A stretch of DNA of 64,000 nt from Okamejei kenojei. Lineage: Eukaryota. Numbering within the stretch: the stretch's first letter is position 1; each line of letters starts with the position of its first letter. The translations under genes were made by a program, and so were the position numbers. The notes below the pieces were generated by a model. The model made no database searches. It was not told the DNA's origin and saw only the letters and a list, made by a program, of their open reading frames with translations. Shown piece by piece: positions 40,623-52,660 of the stretch. The stretch covers positions 54,126,001-54,190,000 of the forward strand of contig CM069140.1 in the NCBI GenBank assembly GCA_035221665.1. Direction: 5' to 3'.

Positions 40623-40927
40623 AGGCAGCAGAGTGGTGCAGGAGTAGAAATGCTGCCTCACAGCGCCAGAGACCCGGATTTGACCCTGGCTACGGGTGCT
40701 CTCCATGCAAAGGTTGCAATTTCTCCCAGCTACCACGTGGGGTTTCTCTGGGTGCTCGGATTTCCTCCCACATTCCAAAGACGTGCCAAAATTGTAGGTT
40801 AATTGGACTTTGTAAATTGTCTGTAGCGTGTAGAGTGGGATAACATGGAATTAGTCCAAGGGGGATCAACGGTCAGCGTGGACTCGTTGGAACAAAGGGC
40901 CTTTTTCCACGCTATACAGTATCTCTT
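40623..40927 (+). mobile_element. HE1-type SINE
   Basis: Head, cagcgccagagacccgga, V-domain and tail. Confidence 0.82.
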
Positions 40928-41060
40928 TTAAAAAATCATGCATACAGACAAGCAAACCAATGCCTACTGCTCAGGTAATTCTCAATAATTCATGTCACAA
41001 TTGACAGAGGTGTAATTGCTCATGCATTTAAGCTCAAGAAAAGTATTTCTTATTGCAGCT

Positions 41061-41150
41061 TTATATAACCATATAACCATATAACAATTACAGCACGGAA
41101 ACAGGCCCTCTCGGCCCTTCCAGTCCGTGCCGACCATTTGTTTTCCCCTT
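41061..41150 (-). mobile_element. Extremely 5'-truncated CR1 (~90 bp)
   Basis: Reverse complement of 5145-5222 with no mismatch that I can see. Confidence 0.9.
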
Positions 41151-42214
41151 GTTTATGTCGGAGGTACTCTTGAAATTCACCATGCAGAATATACTGGGAC
41201 AGAACACCATAGATTGCAAGGATCCTTTATAAAAATAATTGCTAAATTACAGCAAAATGTATAGATCGGTTGCAGAGGAGATTTAATGGAATGAAACCTG
41301 AAATGAGGGATCTTGAATGTGTGTCAATCAAGAAAATCCATGACTGTTCTCCATAGAGAAGGTTAAGAGTAGATTTAATATCCAAAGTTATGAGAGATCT
41401 AATGAACTTAATGAGAGGCAACTATTTTCTGTATCTGGAGGCTCAGAAACCAGAAGACATAAATTTAAGATATCAGGCAAAATAATCAGGTGAGTTAAGT
41501 CTTAGCTGAACATTATTTGATCCGGTGGCTTGCAGTGCAGTGGTTACAAGATGATCCAACAATAAATGTCAAAAGGGAAATTGTTATATACGTGAAAAAG
41601 AAAATAAATGCAGGATATTGACAAAGAACAGGAGAATGCAACAAATTGGAGAGCCCTTTCAAATCAGCGACACAGACATGATAGCCAAATGGTCTTCTGT
41701 ACTTTATGACTCCAGAAGACGACATCCCTAACGGTGAGAGAAAACAAACTGTGTATCTGGCTTAATTAGTGTTTGAGTATCTCAGTAAGTGAATTATTGG
41801 ATCCTCACCACTTCTAATTATAAATAGTTTGTATAATTGATGCTCTCCTGTTGTTGATGAAAATGTGTGGTTTACTGTGTTGTGCTATCATTAACCTCTC
41901 ACATGCAGAAGGAATAGTGCCAGAGAATGTTGTCTCTATGAGGAGCTGTTATCACTGTACCAGCCTCATCAGTAGTCTGCAATCTAATTTGTGTGTGTGT
42001 GTTTTTCATTCAATGACAACTTGTACCTGTTCTTTCCCAATTCTAATTAGTTGTATTAATTCAATGTGCAAATTTTCAGTTCAAGGGGTTTGCTTAAGAT
42101 GTGAAGGGAAATTGTCCCATTGTTTCTTGTATTGATGAAAGGTTTATTTTCTGCCTTGAATGCTTTAAAAAATATATGTTCTGTCATGAATGCATGAAGT
42201 TGTTTTCAGGTGTA

Positions 42215-42520
42215 ATTAAGAAGCGCATGGAGTGTTGCAAAGAGCAGTAACAGCGTGGGCTGCAGCACTGGCTGCGAGAAGTCCAGGCACCGTTCTTGGA
42301 TGCTGAGCTGCTGCCACCTATCGGGCGCTTGGCGCAGGCGCGCTTTGTGATGTGCACTTTCACCTTTCGCCGGCGGTCACGTGGCCGCGCTTTCTCCGAG
42401 GCCTGGTGGAAGCTGAGCAAGATGCAGCCTCTTGGTTACAATCCAATGACATCCTCCCAGTTGCTGTGAACTGCACGGATCGGATTATAAAGGTGCAAAG
42501 CTTCCAGGTGCTACATTCAT
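42215..42520 (+). promoter_or_regulatory. Small CpG-rich island, candidate internal promoter
   Basis: Local GC/CpG enrichment in non-TE DNA (tcgggcgcttggcgcaggcgcgc, tcgccggcggtcacgtggccgcgc). E-box CACGTG at 42378-42383. CTCF-like CCGATAGGTGGCAG on the - strand at 42311-42324. Confidence 0.5.
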
Positions 42521-42560
42521 GCCAAGTAATATTGACAGGTTATCCCATTTTAATCCTGCC

Positions 42561-42611
42561 ATGGACCCAGCAGGAGTGGAGGATCCAGAACACACCAATG
42601 GCAAGGAGGAA
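42561..42611 (+). CDS. RNF220: Putative alternative first coding exon of a short RNF220 isoform (MDPAGVEDPEHTNGKEE)
   Basis: Kozak gccATGg, 17 open codons, phase-0 donor GAA|gtaggt, 156-nt intron to the phase-0 acceptor at 42768, preceded by a CpG-rich island. Confidence 0.55.
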
Positions 42612-42767
42612 GTAGGTTTTGTTTACATCCTGTGTAGTTGGGGCAATGGGAGAATCCACTGCAATCCATCTGCTTCAAGCATATATTTCACTTATATTCG
42701 GGCAGTATTTGACAGTTTAAGTGCTTCTTATTTATTTTTCACCTTTCTTTTCTGTTTTTCTTTATAG

Positions 42768-42810
42768 ACATTTTTGCGAGTAAGGTCCAACAGGCAAGCA
42801 AGGCTGAATG
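42768..42810 (+). CDS. RNF220: RNF220 internal coding exon (43 nt, phase 0/1)
   Basis: Long polypyrimidine tract ending tttatAG| and donor ATG|gtaagg. Encodes TFLRVRSNRQARLN plus one G, continuing the previous exon in frame (cf. RNF220 ...RYQTFLRVRANRQTRLNA...). Confidence 0.92.
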
Positions 42811-43034
42811 GTAAGGTTACGTGTATGGCAACTCTGTAAAATACTGATTTTGCGGGGGATAAACTTTTTTTTTAAAGGGGGGAGGGGGTTTCAATTAAAG
42901 CTGCACTAATTGATGAAAACAATTGAAATATATGCCATGAGGTGATAGCTTTTCAGTGTTTTCCATGACTTGTATGGTAAACACACTTCATATTGAGTAA
43001 CTTTTTGCTCCATTCTGAATGGAAAGAACAGACA

Positions 43035-43097
43035 TGACAATAGTTGTTGCACAAGGATTTTGGCAGCACTTATTTTCAATATCAACCCTTTCTGGAG

Positions 43098-43128
<31 letters not shown>

Positions 43129-43317
43129 CAATACCAATCAGTATCATTAGATTTATTTCTGTTTCAATCAGTTGCTAGCGAAGGATAAACTCATGGCTTG
43201 ACTAGTTTGCCACTGGTCTAAATGTAAAATTGTTAAAATTAAATATTAAAATTACTCCAGAAAGGGTTGATGTTGAAAATAAATGCTGCCAAAATCCTTG
43301 TGCAACAACTATTGTAC
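43035..43317. repeat. 61-bp inverted repeat (43037-43097 / 43255-43315) enclosing a (CG)n(CA)n tract, flanked by a 10-bp direct repeat
   Basis: Arms differ at 2 of 61 positions. agaacagaca at 43025-43034 and 43318-43327. Confidence 0.9.
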
Positions 43318-43939
43318 AGAACAGACACTCCTGAAGCTCTCAACTTTCTGAAAATTGCTTTCCCATTAAGCAAATCAGCCTGGCATGGATGAAGTACTGA
43401 ACCAGGCTAGCATGGCATATTCATATCAAATCTGAATACTTTATCAAATTTCTATACACACTGAGCCAACTTTGACATACGTCATTAAATCCCATAGGCC
43501 TTGTGATTGGCTAGCCAGGTTTAAATGTATATTGTCACTGATGCTGTCCATTTCTACCTTTATAAATATCTGGTCACTATTGGTGCATCAGTTCATAAAA
43601 CCCTCCTCTGTGCTTTTTGTTACTCTGGAGTAACTGACCTGACAGCTGCAGTCACGTGCTTTTAATGACATGAGGAAAATATTTTACAGTGTGAGGTTGG
43701 AGGAGAATTTCTTATACAGTATGGTTAAGGTCTGGGGTGACTACAAGGTGTAATGGTGGAAGTAGATCCCATTTTGTCACGGAAGGATACTGGTTAAGTA
43801 TATGAAAACAGAATTTGAGAGCTACATAAGATTGAAGAGTGAGGCTATTTGAAAGGCTTGAGAGTGGGACAGACTCAGTGGGCTGAATGGCATCCTTCTG
43901 TGATTCTCAACACGAATCAGCATATAGTGACCTAGAGAC

Positions 43940-44110
43940 ACACTCCAGCGACTTGGATAAACATCTTGCTAACACTCCTGTACAATTCTAACCAAGTGCT
44001 GTGCTATGCATTGTTCCACTTTAAATCAAAGTTTTAAATTGAGACCTTGCCTGTTCTCTTGGGTAAAAGATTTCATGACTTAATTCAAGAATAGTGGTGT
44101 TATCTCTTAC
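43940..44110 (+). mobile_element. Very degraded DeuSINE-like relic
   Basis: Weak resemblance to the remembered Deu-domain (gacttg...gtgctg...gagacc...taaaagatttcatg). Confidence 0.35.
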
Positions 44111-44671
44111 CTTGGTGATTTTTTTTTTTGTCCTTAAAACTGATCTTCTGGTTTTCTCACACTTTTTAACAAAAATGACCATGATCACCCTATCTTCAAA
44201 AAACATGAGGTCATTCAATATTCTGCTTCCGTTGTCCTAAATCATATCAAATCCTTGTTCATCCATCATCCTTGTTCTTGCTGATACGTATGGCTCCCAG
44301 TTAAACTTTGTAACGTTCTTAATCTTGCTTTCAAATCCCTTCATGGTTTCACCCATTCCACTCTCTGTAATCCACTACTTCTGCAGTCCACCAAGGCATT
44401 TCCATTTGCCTAATTCTAGTCTCTGAAACTTCCCTAAATTTTAATGACTCCTATTTCTCTCTTTTTAAGGAGCCTCTTTAGGGATCATATTACTATTAAT
44501 CTCCCAAAGCGGTATGCTCCAATGAGGTGCCTTGGAATGCTTTGCTATGTTAAAGGTGTCATGAATGGAATATTAAATCTTCAAAGTTCTGTGTGATAAC
44601 TCTTCCCTTCCGCACTGTTAACCAAGTTTCTCCTCAAAACAAAGAACGTTATTAAGTTTACTGGCAATAAA

Positions 44672-45319
44672 AAAGAAACTGCAGATGTTGGTTTAAACAA
44701 TGATAGACACAAAAAGCTGGAGTAGCTCAGCGGGTCAGGCATCATCTATGGGGGGAAAAAAAGTGATGTTTTGGTTTGGGACCGGTCTTCAGGCTTAATG
44801 TGGGGGGGGGGGGGGGGGGGAAATGGGGGAGAGGAATTTGGGACAAATTGGGGCTGGCAACAAATGACCTTGGGCAAGGAGGTTTGCTAGAGATGGTGTG
44901 AGCACAAGGGGTGCACCATTGAAAACTGGAACCAGTTAATGGACTTTTAGTGGAGGAAAGGGCGAGGGAAGGGAGGTGTTTGTAGAAGTTATCTGAAATT
45001 GGAGAATGGAACGATCATACCGCTGGGTTGTAAGCTGCCCAAAAGAAATTTGAGATGCTATCTTTTACCACTGGATTGACTTTTCTATCCTGGCCTCCAT
45101 TGCCAGGGTGAGGCAAATTGCCAGGGCGAGAAACAGCACCTCCATTGCCAGGGCGAGGAACAGCACCTCTTATTTTGTTTGGTTAGTTTACAAGCCAGCA
45201 GGGCGGGGAGTGGCACTACAATCGGTCTGAAGAAAGTTCCTGACCCAAAACATCACCTATCCAATTTCTCCAGAATGCTGCCTGACCCACTGAGTTACTC
45301 CAGCAGTTTGTGTCTATCA
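44672..45319. mobile_element. Penelope-like element with inverted termini and an internal strand switch
   Basis: Left pLTR (-), a G run, GIY-YIG C-terminal DNA on - then on +, and a right pLTR (+) ending gtgtctatca. Confidence 0.75.
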
Positions 45320-46489
45320 AGTTTACAGGGTATTTGAATGAAAAATGGGGACATAACACCAATACTGTTACAAATTAATTTAATTGGAGCCTCCTATCAG
45401 GGTTGTGATGGTATTTATAAACCATTTGTATTGAGCTCTTCCAGAACATAATAACATATGATTTATCAATAAATTATTAACAATGGCTTTAAAGGAGCCT
45501 TCCTTGTGGTAACAGTTTGTATTGGGTTCATAGCCTATACTATTGTGTTTTAGGCTATGAATTAGTTCTGCAATTAATGGGTAGGTTTTTGTGGTTTTCC
45601 TTATTTCAACAACTCTCACTCACTGCACTCATCACATCACCAAAATGTCCCAAGAGATGCTTGAGTCTGGAGAAGCAATAAGAAATGTAAATCTCATTCT
45701 GTGGCCCCAACACAACACAGATCTCTGCCCCCATCCATATCATGAACGTATTTTTCTCAATAATTTGTTATTAGTCTCGGGAAGTAGAAAGAAGAAGAAA
45801 AATAAACATTAGCTGTCTGGATTGGTTTTTGGATGACAGGTTTAGTAATAAAATAAACTTGAACACACTGGATATTGTAATTGGCTATCTAATTGATACA
45901 AGATTAAGTAATTAAAATTTTAATCATGGGATTAATTGTTGTTTCTTTTAACCAGGCTAGCAGGTACAACACTGCACGTGTAGACATACGGTGAAATATT
46001 TATGGGAGAATCATGGTTTATTTCTTTAATTAATACAGCTCCCTACTTTGACATTCCTTGTCATCATTGTTCATGAAGAGATATGAAAACAATAAGCTAT
46101 CTAGAAACTATTAATTGGTGGAATTTCATTGAAAGGTTCAGAGAGCTTCATTGCAAGCTCGTATTCATGTGGTATAAATGCTCAAAAGTACCTGCAATTC
46201 ATTCCAGTATTTAACTGTTGAAATGGAAGCTCACAGAATTTTTCATTTGTTATTGAGGAATGAAGGTGATGAGCTGCATGGAAAGATGAGTGCAAAGCAT
46301 AACTATCTTACCAGCGAAAATAACATCAGCCTATTCACCACCACAAATAGAAGAGGGACATAATAAGCAGTTGTAATGTGGAAAGTGGGGGAAAAAATGA
46401 TGGAAAAATAGATGTTCTTGTGACACTTTTAGTTTTAAACGTTGTTTATACAAAGCATGGAGAATTGGGGACTGAAGAATGGACACAAG

Positions 46490-46635
46490 AGACAAGAAAT
46501 ACTGGAATTTGGAGAAACAACAGTTGGCTGGAGGAACTCAGCAGGTCAAGCAGCATCTGTGAAGTGGAAGGAAATTCCATAGCCCTCCCTCCATGCTTTT
46601 CCATTAGCTGAGTTCCTCCAGCAGATTGTTTGTCA
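46490..46635. mobile_element. Degraded miniature inverted Penelope pair
   Basis: gctggaggaactcagc ... gctgagttcctccagc is a perfect 16-bp inverted match. Confidence 0.65.
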
Positions 46636-48347
46636 CAGAATAATGTTGCGCACTGGTTTTATATGAGGTTCTGGGGTTTCCTGTAGTTGTTGTCCATGTT
46701 AAAGGCTTATTTACAATTCAACTGCAAACCTGGCTTAGTAATCTGTAGTTGGCCATTTTGGAAAATCTTGCTGTCTCTAATTATTTATTTAATTTAAACT
46801 TCTTTCCATTGTTAATTGATATGCCTCCCCCCCCCACCCCCAGTCACAATTATAAAGCAGTCATGCTTTGAATCTTTCAAAATAACAAATTGTTAAGCAA
46901 GTTGAACTCCATATGTATACCAGTTGTAAACATATTGTATAACAATTTGCTAATTGTCAAAAGACAATCTCTGAATTGATGTATAATTGCTGCACAAGCT
47001 AACAGGTTTTTCTTAGGATATTAGAAGATCTTCAAAAGATATGTAATCTGAAATATGCGTTTCAGATAAGTGCATTTAAATAATAATTTCTGTTAATTTG
47101 CCAGGTATCTGATAATTTTATTTCCATCCTGTAGTTTAAAAGGTGGCATATTTTCTGCATTACGTGAGTAGGGAAAAAACAAACTGAGCTTCACCTGACA
47201 TGAACCCCAGTGTATATGACCATAAACTAAGCTTGTCTATAGGAAAGTTGGTAAAAAAATATTATGTAATCAAGGGCTTAAATTAGGTCAAGAATAATGC
47301 TAGAATGGTTTGGGTTTTTTTTTTAAACTGTCAATATTGGGAATTTGGAGCAAAGCTACTACAGAAGCTGTAAACTAGGTGCACCAATGGCAAAAAGATC
47401 ATGACTCAACAAATGTCATTGAATAGATTGTTAAGCCTACTGTCATCCTTCTACGCATGCTGTTTGATCTTCATAACACTTTTTGTGTTTATTTCACCTT
47501 ATGGAGCAACCGTAGCTGTGAGATGATGTTAGACATATTATCAATTATAATCTAAAGGGCACAATTTTAAAAGATATAGGAGAACAGAGGTCTGAGGACA
47601 TATAAACATAGGTTGTTGAAAATGGCAGGATACCTTGAGGAAAAAAAATCCTGGGTTTTATAAATGGAGGCGTAGAATGAAAGAGCAAGTTAGTACAGTA
47701 AATCCTTGTTTTAACAGGCCCCTTTGTAGTGGATTTCGGTTATAGCAGACACACTCCCAACTTGTACTGCCACCCCGGCCGCTTAGAGCACACGCTTATG
47801 AGGGTCTCCAGTAAGTCCTTCTTCACTCACTGTACAGTCCAATTGAAGCAGCCATTTTTGAGGCTCACGTGGCTTCTGAGGACAGAGCTTTCTTCGGGCC
47901 GCTGTCAGGACACCTACGGTCACCGTGGGGCTCCCTCCCCTCTCACCAGCTGCTTCTTTCTCCTTCCCTTTATCCGCTTGACTGCCGCCAGCTTCCACTT
48001 TTCCCATTGGTCTGTCCACAAGGCCTCTTTCCCATCCCCCACCACTGCCTTCTCCTTTTCCCCCGGAGTCGCCAACATACTCCACCTTGGAAGTGGCAGC
48101 AGGTGGGAGGGGACACCATGGTGAACAAGCGTGTCATGTCGTTGGCAGCGGCCTGAAGAAAGCTGAAAGCCTAAAGATACAGCGAGAGCGGTAACCACAG
48201 CTGCGTCAACCTTCGAAGAAGGGCTTGCTGGTGCAGACCAGTAGCATCGGTGCTTAGTTTTAAGTTGGAATAACACTGCATACTGAATCGGTCTGAAGAA
48301 GGGTCCCAACATTACCTATCCATGTTCCCTAGTGATGCTGCCTGATC

Positions 48348-49378
48348 TCAATTCAATTCAAATTTAATGTCATTGCACAGATACAAGTATGGGTACAACG
48401 AAATGCAGTTTAGTGTCAGTACGTAGTGATAGCAATGTTTAGATAAATACAGATGTGGGAATCTATCGGCGGGACTCCGAGTTCAGCAGTGCGATGGTGT
48501 TATTGTAGAAGCTACTCCTCATCCTGCTGGTGCGGGACCTGAGGCTCCTGTACCGCCTCCCCGATGGTAGGAGGGCAAACAGTCCATGGTTAGGGTGGGA
48601 GGGGTCCTTGATGATCTTCCCAGCCCGTCTCAGACACCGTTTTCGGTGGAGGGCATCCAAAGCAGGGAGCGGGGCACCGATGATGTGCTGGGCGGTTTTC
48701 ACCACCCGTTGTAGTGCCTTCCTGTCTGCTACGGTGCAACTGCTGTACCATACCGTAAAGCAGGTGGTCAGGATGCTTTCGATGGGTACAGCGGTAGAAG
48801 TTGGTCAGGATCTGGGGGGACAGGTGGGCTTTTTTGAGCCTCCTCAGGAAATAAAGGCGCTGCTGCGCCTTTTTGACCAGCTTGGAGGTGTTGAGGGACC
48901 AGGACAGATCCTCCGAGATGTGTACCCGAGGCAATTTGTAGTTGGAGACCGCTCCACCTCAGTCCCGTTTATATGGATGGGGGTGTGTCTGCCCCCTCTG
49001 TTCTTCCTGAAGTCGACAATGATCTCCTTCGTCTTTTGGGAGTTAAGGACGAGGCTGTTATTGGCACACCAGGTTGTCAGGTGCTGGACCTCCTCCCTGT
49101 AGGCTGATTCGTCGTTATCGCTGATCAGTCCTACCACCGTGGTGTCGTCGGCAAATTTTATGATGGCGTTGGAGCTAAACTTAGGGATGCAGTCATGGGT
49201 GAAGAGAGAGTAGAGGAGAGGACTGAGCACACAGCCTTGTGGCACGCCAGTGTTCAGTGTTATAGTGGAGGAGGTGAGGTTGTTGATCCTAACAGACTGG
49301 GGTCTGTTAGTGAGGAAATCCAGTGTCCAATTGCAGAGGGAAGTGGAGATGCCAAGACCGCTGAGTTTGGTGATCAAG
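48348..49378 (-). mobile_element. Rex1/Babar LINE, 5'-truncated RT, inserted in a Penelope pLTR (48289-48347 and ~49401-49466)
   Basis: [53 protein letters not shown]. Short TGAAT-repeat tail. Confidence 0.93.
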
Positions 49379-49514
49379 CTAGCGGGTTACTCCAGCACTT
49401 TGCTGAGTTACTCCAGCACTTTGTGTCCTTTTGTGGATTAACCATCATCTGTAGTTCTTTGTTTCAAATACATGCAATGATGATACCATACTTGGTTATA
49501 ACAGACATAATTTC

Positions 49515-49516
<2 letters not shown>

Positions 49517-49553
<37 letters not shown>
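49517..49553 (+). repeat. Poly-C run (~37 nt)
   Basis: Seen directly. Poly-G runs also occur at ~44802, ~51101, ~53023 and ~54407. Confidence 0.9.
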
Positions 49554-49554
<1 letters not shown>

Positions 49555-50971
49555 TGTGGTCCATTATAACGAGGGAACTGAGATAACTGGGAACTGAGCC
49601 AAATGGCCTTCTATGATGTAAATCTTCTGTGAAATTAGCTTATACGTTGAATTAAAGAACAAACAATGGCACAGAAATATTGTTGGGAATGTATTGAAGA
49701 TCTCTGAGGGAAAGAGAACACATTTGTAAGCAAATTTCTGACATCTAAAAGTGCTAAAGCAGTAATAATAGTTTTTTTTTTTTACCTTAATAGTAACAGA
49801 AATAGAGTTGGTATAAATAAGATTGAGTGCATGGTATTTCTTAACTGCATTCCGGAGTTTTAAAATAATTGGTAAACAGTAATCTGAATAATGGGGGGGG
49901 GGTTTGATTTGGTGAATATAAAATGCTGGAAATATTTGGCATGTTAGGCAGCATCTTTGTAGTGTGAAACAGTTATTGTCATTAACCTGAAACACTAACT
50001 CTGTTTCTCTTTGGACATGTGTTGTATGACCTGTGTATTCAGGCATTTTCCGTTTGCAGGATCTGCAGGGTTTTTTGGCTTTGGGGAATGAAGCTGAGCA
50101 GTTGAAAAAGTATCAGTGCGGGAGTATTTTGTTGGTTGTGATCATAATTCATTTAGGGTTAACATAGTTATGGAAAAGGACAAAGATAAAATGGGGTTAA
50201 AGGTTCACTATTGGGATAAGGTTAACTTTATTTGACTAAGAAGTGATTTACTAAAGGTCCACCAGAAATAGCTATTTGAAGATAAATCAGTCTCAGGGCA
50301 ATGTGAGCATTTAAGAAGGAGATTTAAGGGTTTTAAATAAGTGTGTTCCCACAAGGAAAAAGCATGTGATTCTCACCCAGGAGGCTCCAGTTTTGGTAAT
50401 GTGCATTGAGGATGAGAAGGCAAAAAAGGGAAGAATGAGACTGAAAATAATGCAGTAGAGAGCCTGGAAGCATACAGAGAATTTTAGAATGAAATTATGA
50501 AGAACATTAGGAAAGCAAGAGGGAGGGGGGGGGGGGCATGCAGTGGCAATGTTATAAATCGGGAAATTGATGGTGCATGTAACAAGGGTAATATAATAAT
50601 TATGGGGAACTTTAATCAACAGAAAGACTGGACAAACCAAGTGTGCAATAATTGTGTAAAAGACAAATTCATGGACTATGACTTTCCTGATTAGCTTGTT
50701 GAAGTATAAACAATGATATAACCTGTTTTAGATCTAGTATTGTGGATTGAGGATGTGCTAATTAAAACCTTGCACTTCTGGTCTTTTCAAGAAGAATGAA
50801 AGCATTTAATAGAATGCAATAAAACTTTATATATGGATCTAAAGTGTTTTTGCTCAATCTAAAAAGAGACTTAAAAAAAAATCCAACTACGTAGATGGGA
50901 AGCATGTGTTGATGTAATTCTAAAATTTCATTACAACTAATGACACTGAACAAATAATAAATGATGCGTTA

Positions 50972-51596
50972 AAGAAGGAACTGCAGATGCTGGAAAATCG
51001 AGGGTACACAAAATGCTGGAGAAACTCAGCGGGTGCAGCAGCATCTATGGAGCGAGGGAGATAGGCAACGTTTTGGGCCAAAACTCTTCTTCAGACTGAC
51101 GGGGGGGGGGTGGGGGGAGGCCGGGGGAAGCGGAGGGAAGAAAGGAAAAAGGAGGAGGAGCCCGAGGGCTGAGGGAGAGGTAGGAGGAGGAGACAGCAAG
51201 GGTCAACAGAATTGAGAGAATTTGTTCATGCCAGGAGGATGCAGACTCCCCAAGCGGAATATGAGGTGCTGTTCCTCCAATTTGCGGTGTTGCTCATTCT
51301 GGCCGTGGAGGAGTCCCTGGACGGAGAGGTCGGATACGGAATGGGAGAGGGAGTTGAGTGCTGAGCCACCGGGAGGTCGGGTTGGTTATTGCGGAGGTGT
51401 TCGGCGAAACGATCGCCAAGCCTCTGCTTGGTGGTCTCGCTGATATAGATCAGCTGACATCTAGAGCAGCGGATGCAATAGATGAGGTTGGAGGAGGTGC
51501 AGGTGAACCTCTGTCTGACCTGGAACGACTGCTTGGGTCCTTGAATGGAGTGGAGGAGGAGGTAAAGAGACAAGTGTAGCATCTCTTGCGGTTGCA
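50972..51596 (-). mobile_element. Penelope-like element 3' part: GIY-YIG endonuclease remnant, pLTR and hammerhead motif
   Basis: ORF 51226-51597: FTCTSSNLIYCIRCSRCQLIYISET...RFAEHLR...PVAQH, a typical PLE GIY-YIG. caaataataa occurs at both flanks. Confidence 0.92.
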
Positions 51597-52660
51597 AATA
51601 ATAATGATAATGTTTATTATATTGTTTATTTCAAATATATAAAAACCATGGCTAATGAGAAGTTAAAGGCAAAGATTTGCAATGTTGCTTAAAGTGTAGT
51701 GAATTAATGAATTGGGAACCATTCATAATTTGGGAAAGGAGCAAAAAAGGAAACGATATACAATGTGAATAATCTTGCAAGAAACTAATCAGACTTTAGA
51801 AGCTTCTATAAGTGTGTGTGTACAACAGAAATGAAGTATAGAAAAAGTTATTGTGAGTTCATTATTGAAAAAAGAACAAATATTATGGGGAAAGGAAATG
51901 GCAGAGAAATGAAGCAATTTTATTTGCGACTACCTTCTTGAAAGTAGAGGCAGAAAACCTGAAAACACTGCTGAACGTAGCTCTAGAGTGAAGAAGCTGA
52001 AGAATTTAGCTTCAGTTTTAAAAAAGGACCAATTCATGTGACTGAAAGCCAATCAATCTGCATTTCAAGTTTTCATTTTCCACCATTCCATAGAATGGTT
52101 CTCACAAATTTGAAGGGGACAGATGTAACTCCATTCTTCAAGAATGAAGGGGGAGAGAAAATGGTGAATTGCAGACTAATAAGTCAGATGTTGGGAGTAA
52201 AGAACTTGCTAGAATCCATTAATAAGAAAGTAGTCACAGGGCATTTGGAAAAAGAGTGAATGGATTGGGCAGAATTAACATAGCTTAGCCAAATAGAAAT
52301 CACATTTGAAAATGGAATTTGAAAAAAGAGTTTTAGGTTGGAATTAGCAGAATAAATGAGCAAAAAAAACATAGGATATGGTCAACGTGCTTTCAGCAAA
52401 TCTTTGACGGACTGCAAGAGGTTATTAAACAAATTTGAAGTGTGCATATTGCTGCACAATAAGGATTAAATAACAAGCAAAGAGTGGGAATGAATGGGTA
52501 GCTTTCATGTTGGGAGGCTGTAATTAGTGGGGAACTGTAGGGATCAGTGGTTCTCTATGCATTCCCAATTTATATTAATGATTTGGATGGGGAAATTGTG
52601 TTTAATTTATACATCTTTGCTGGTGATTTTGTGCTGGGTGGTATTGTTGGTTATGATGTT

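Larger units (their letters stand above)
47696..49580. mobile_element. Tc1/mariner (pogo/Tigger-like) element carrying nested inserts
   Basis: TA|CAGTAAATCCTTGTTTTAAC at the left and imperfect inverted ...CATTATAACGAGGGAACTG at the right. Internal ggttata(g/a)cagaca motif near both ends. Confidence 0.5.
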
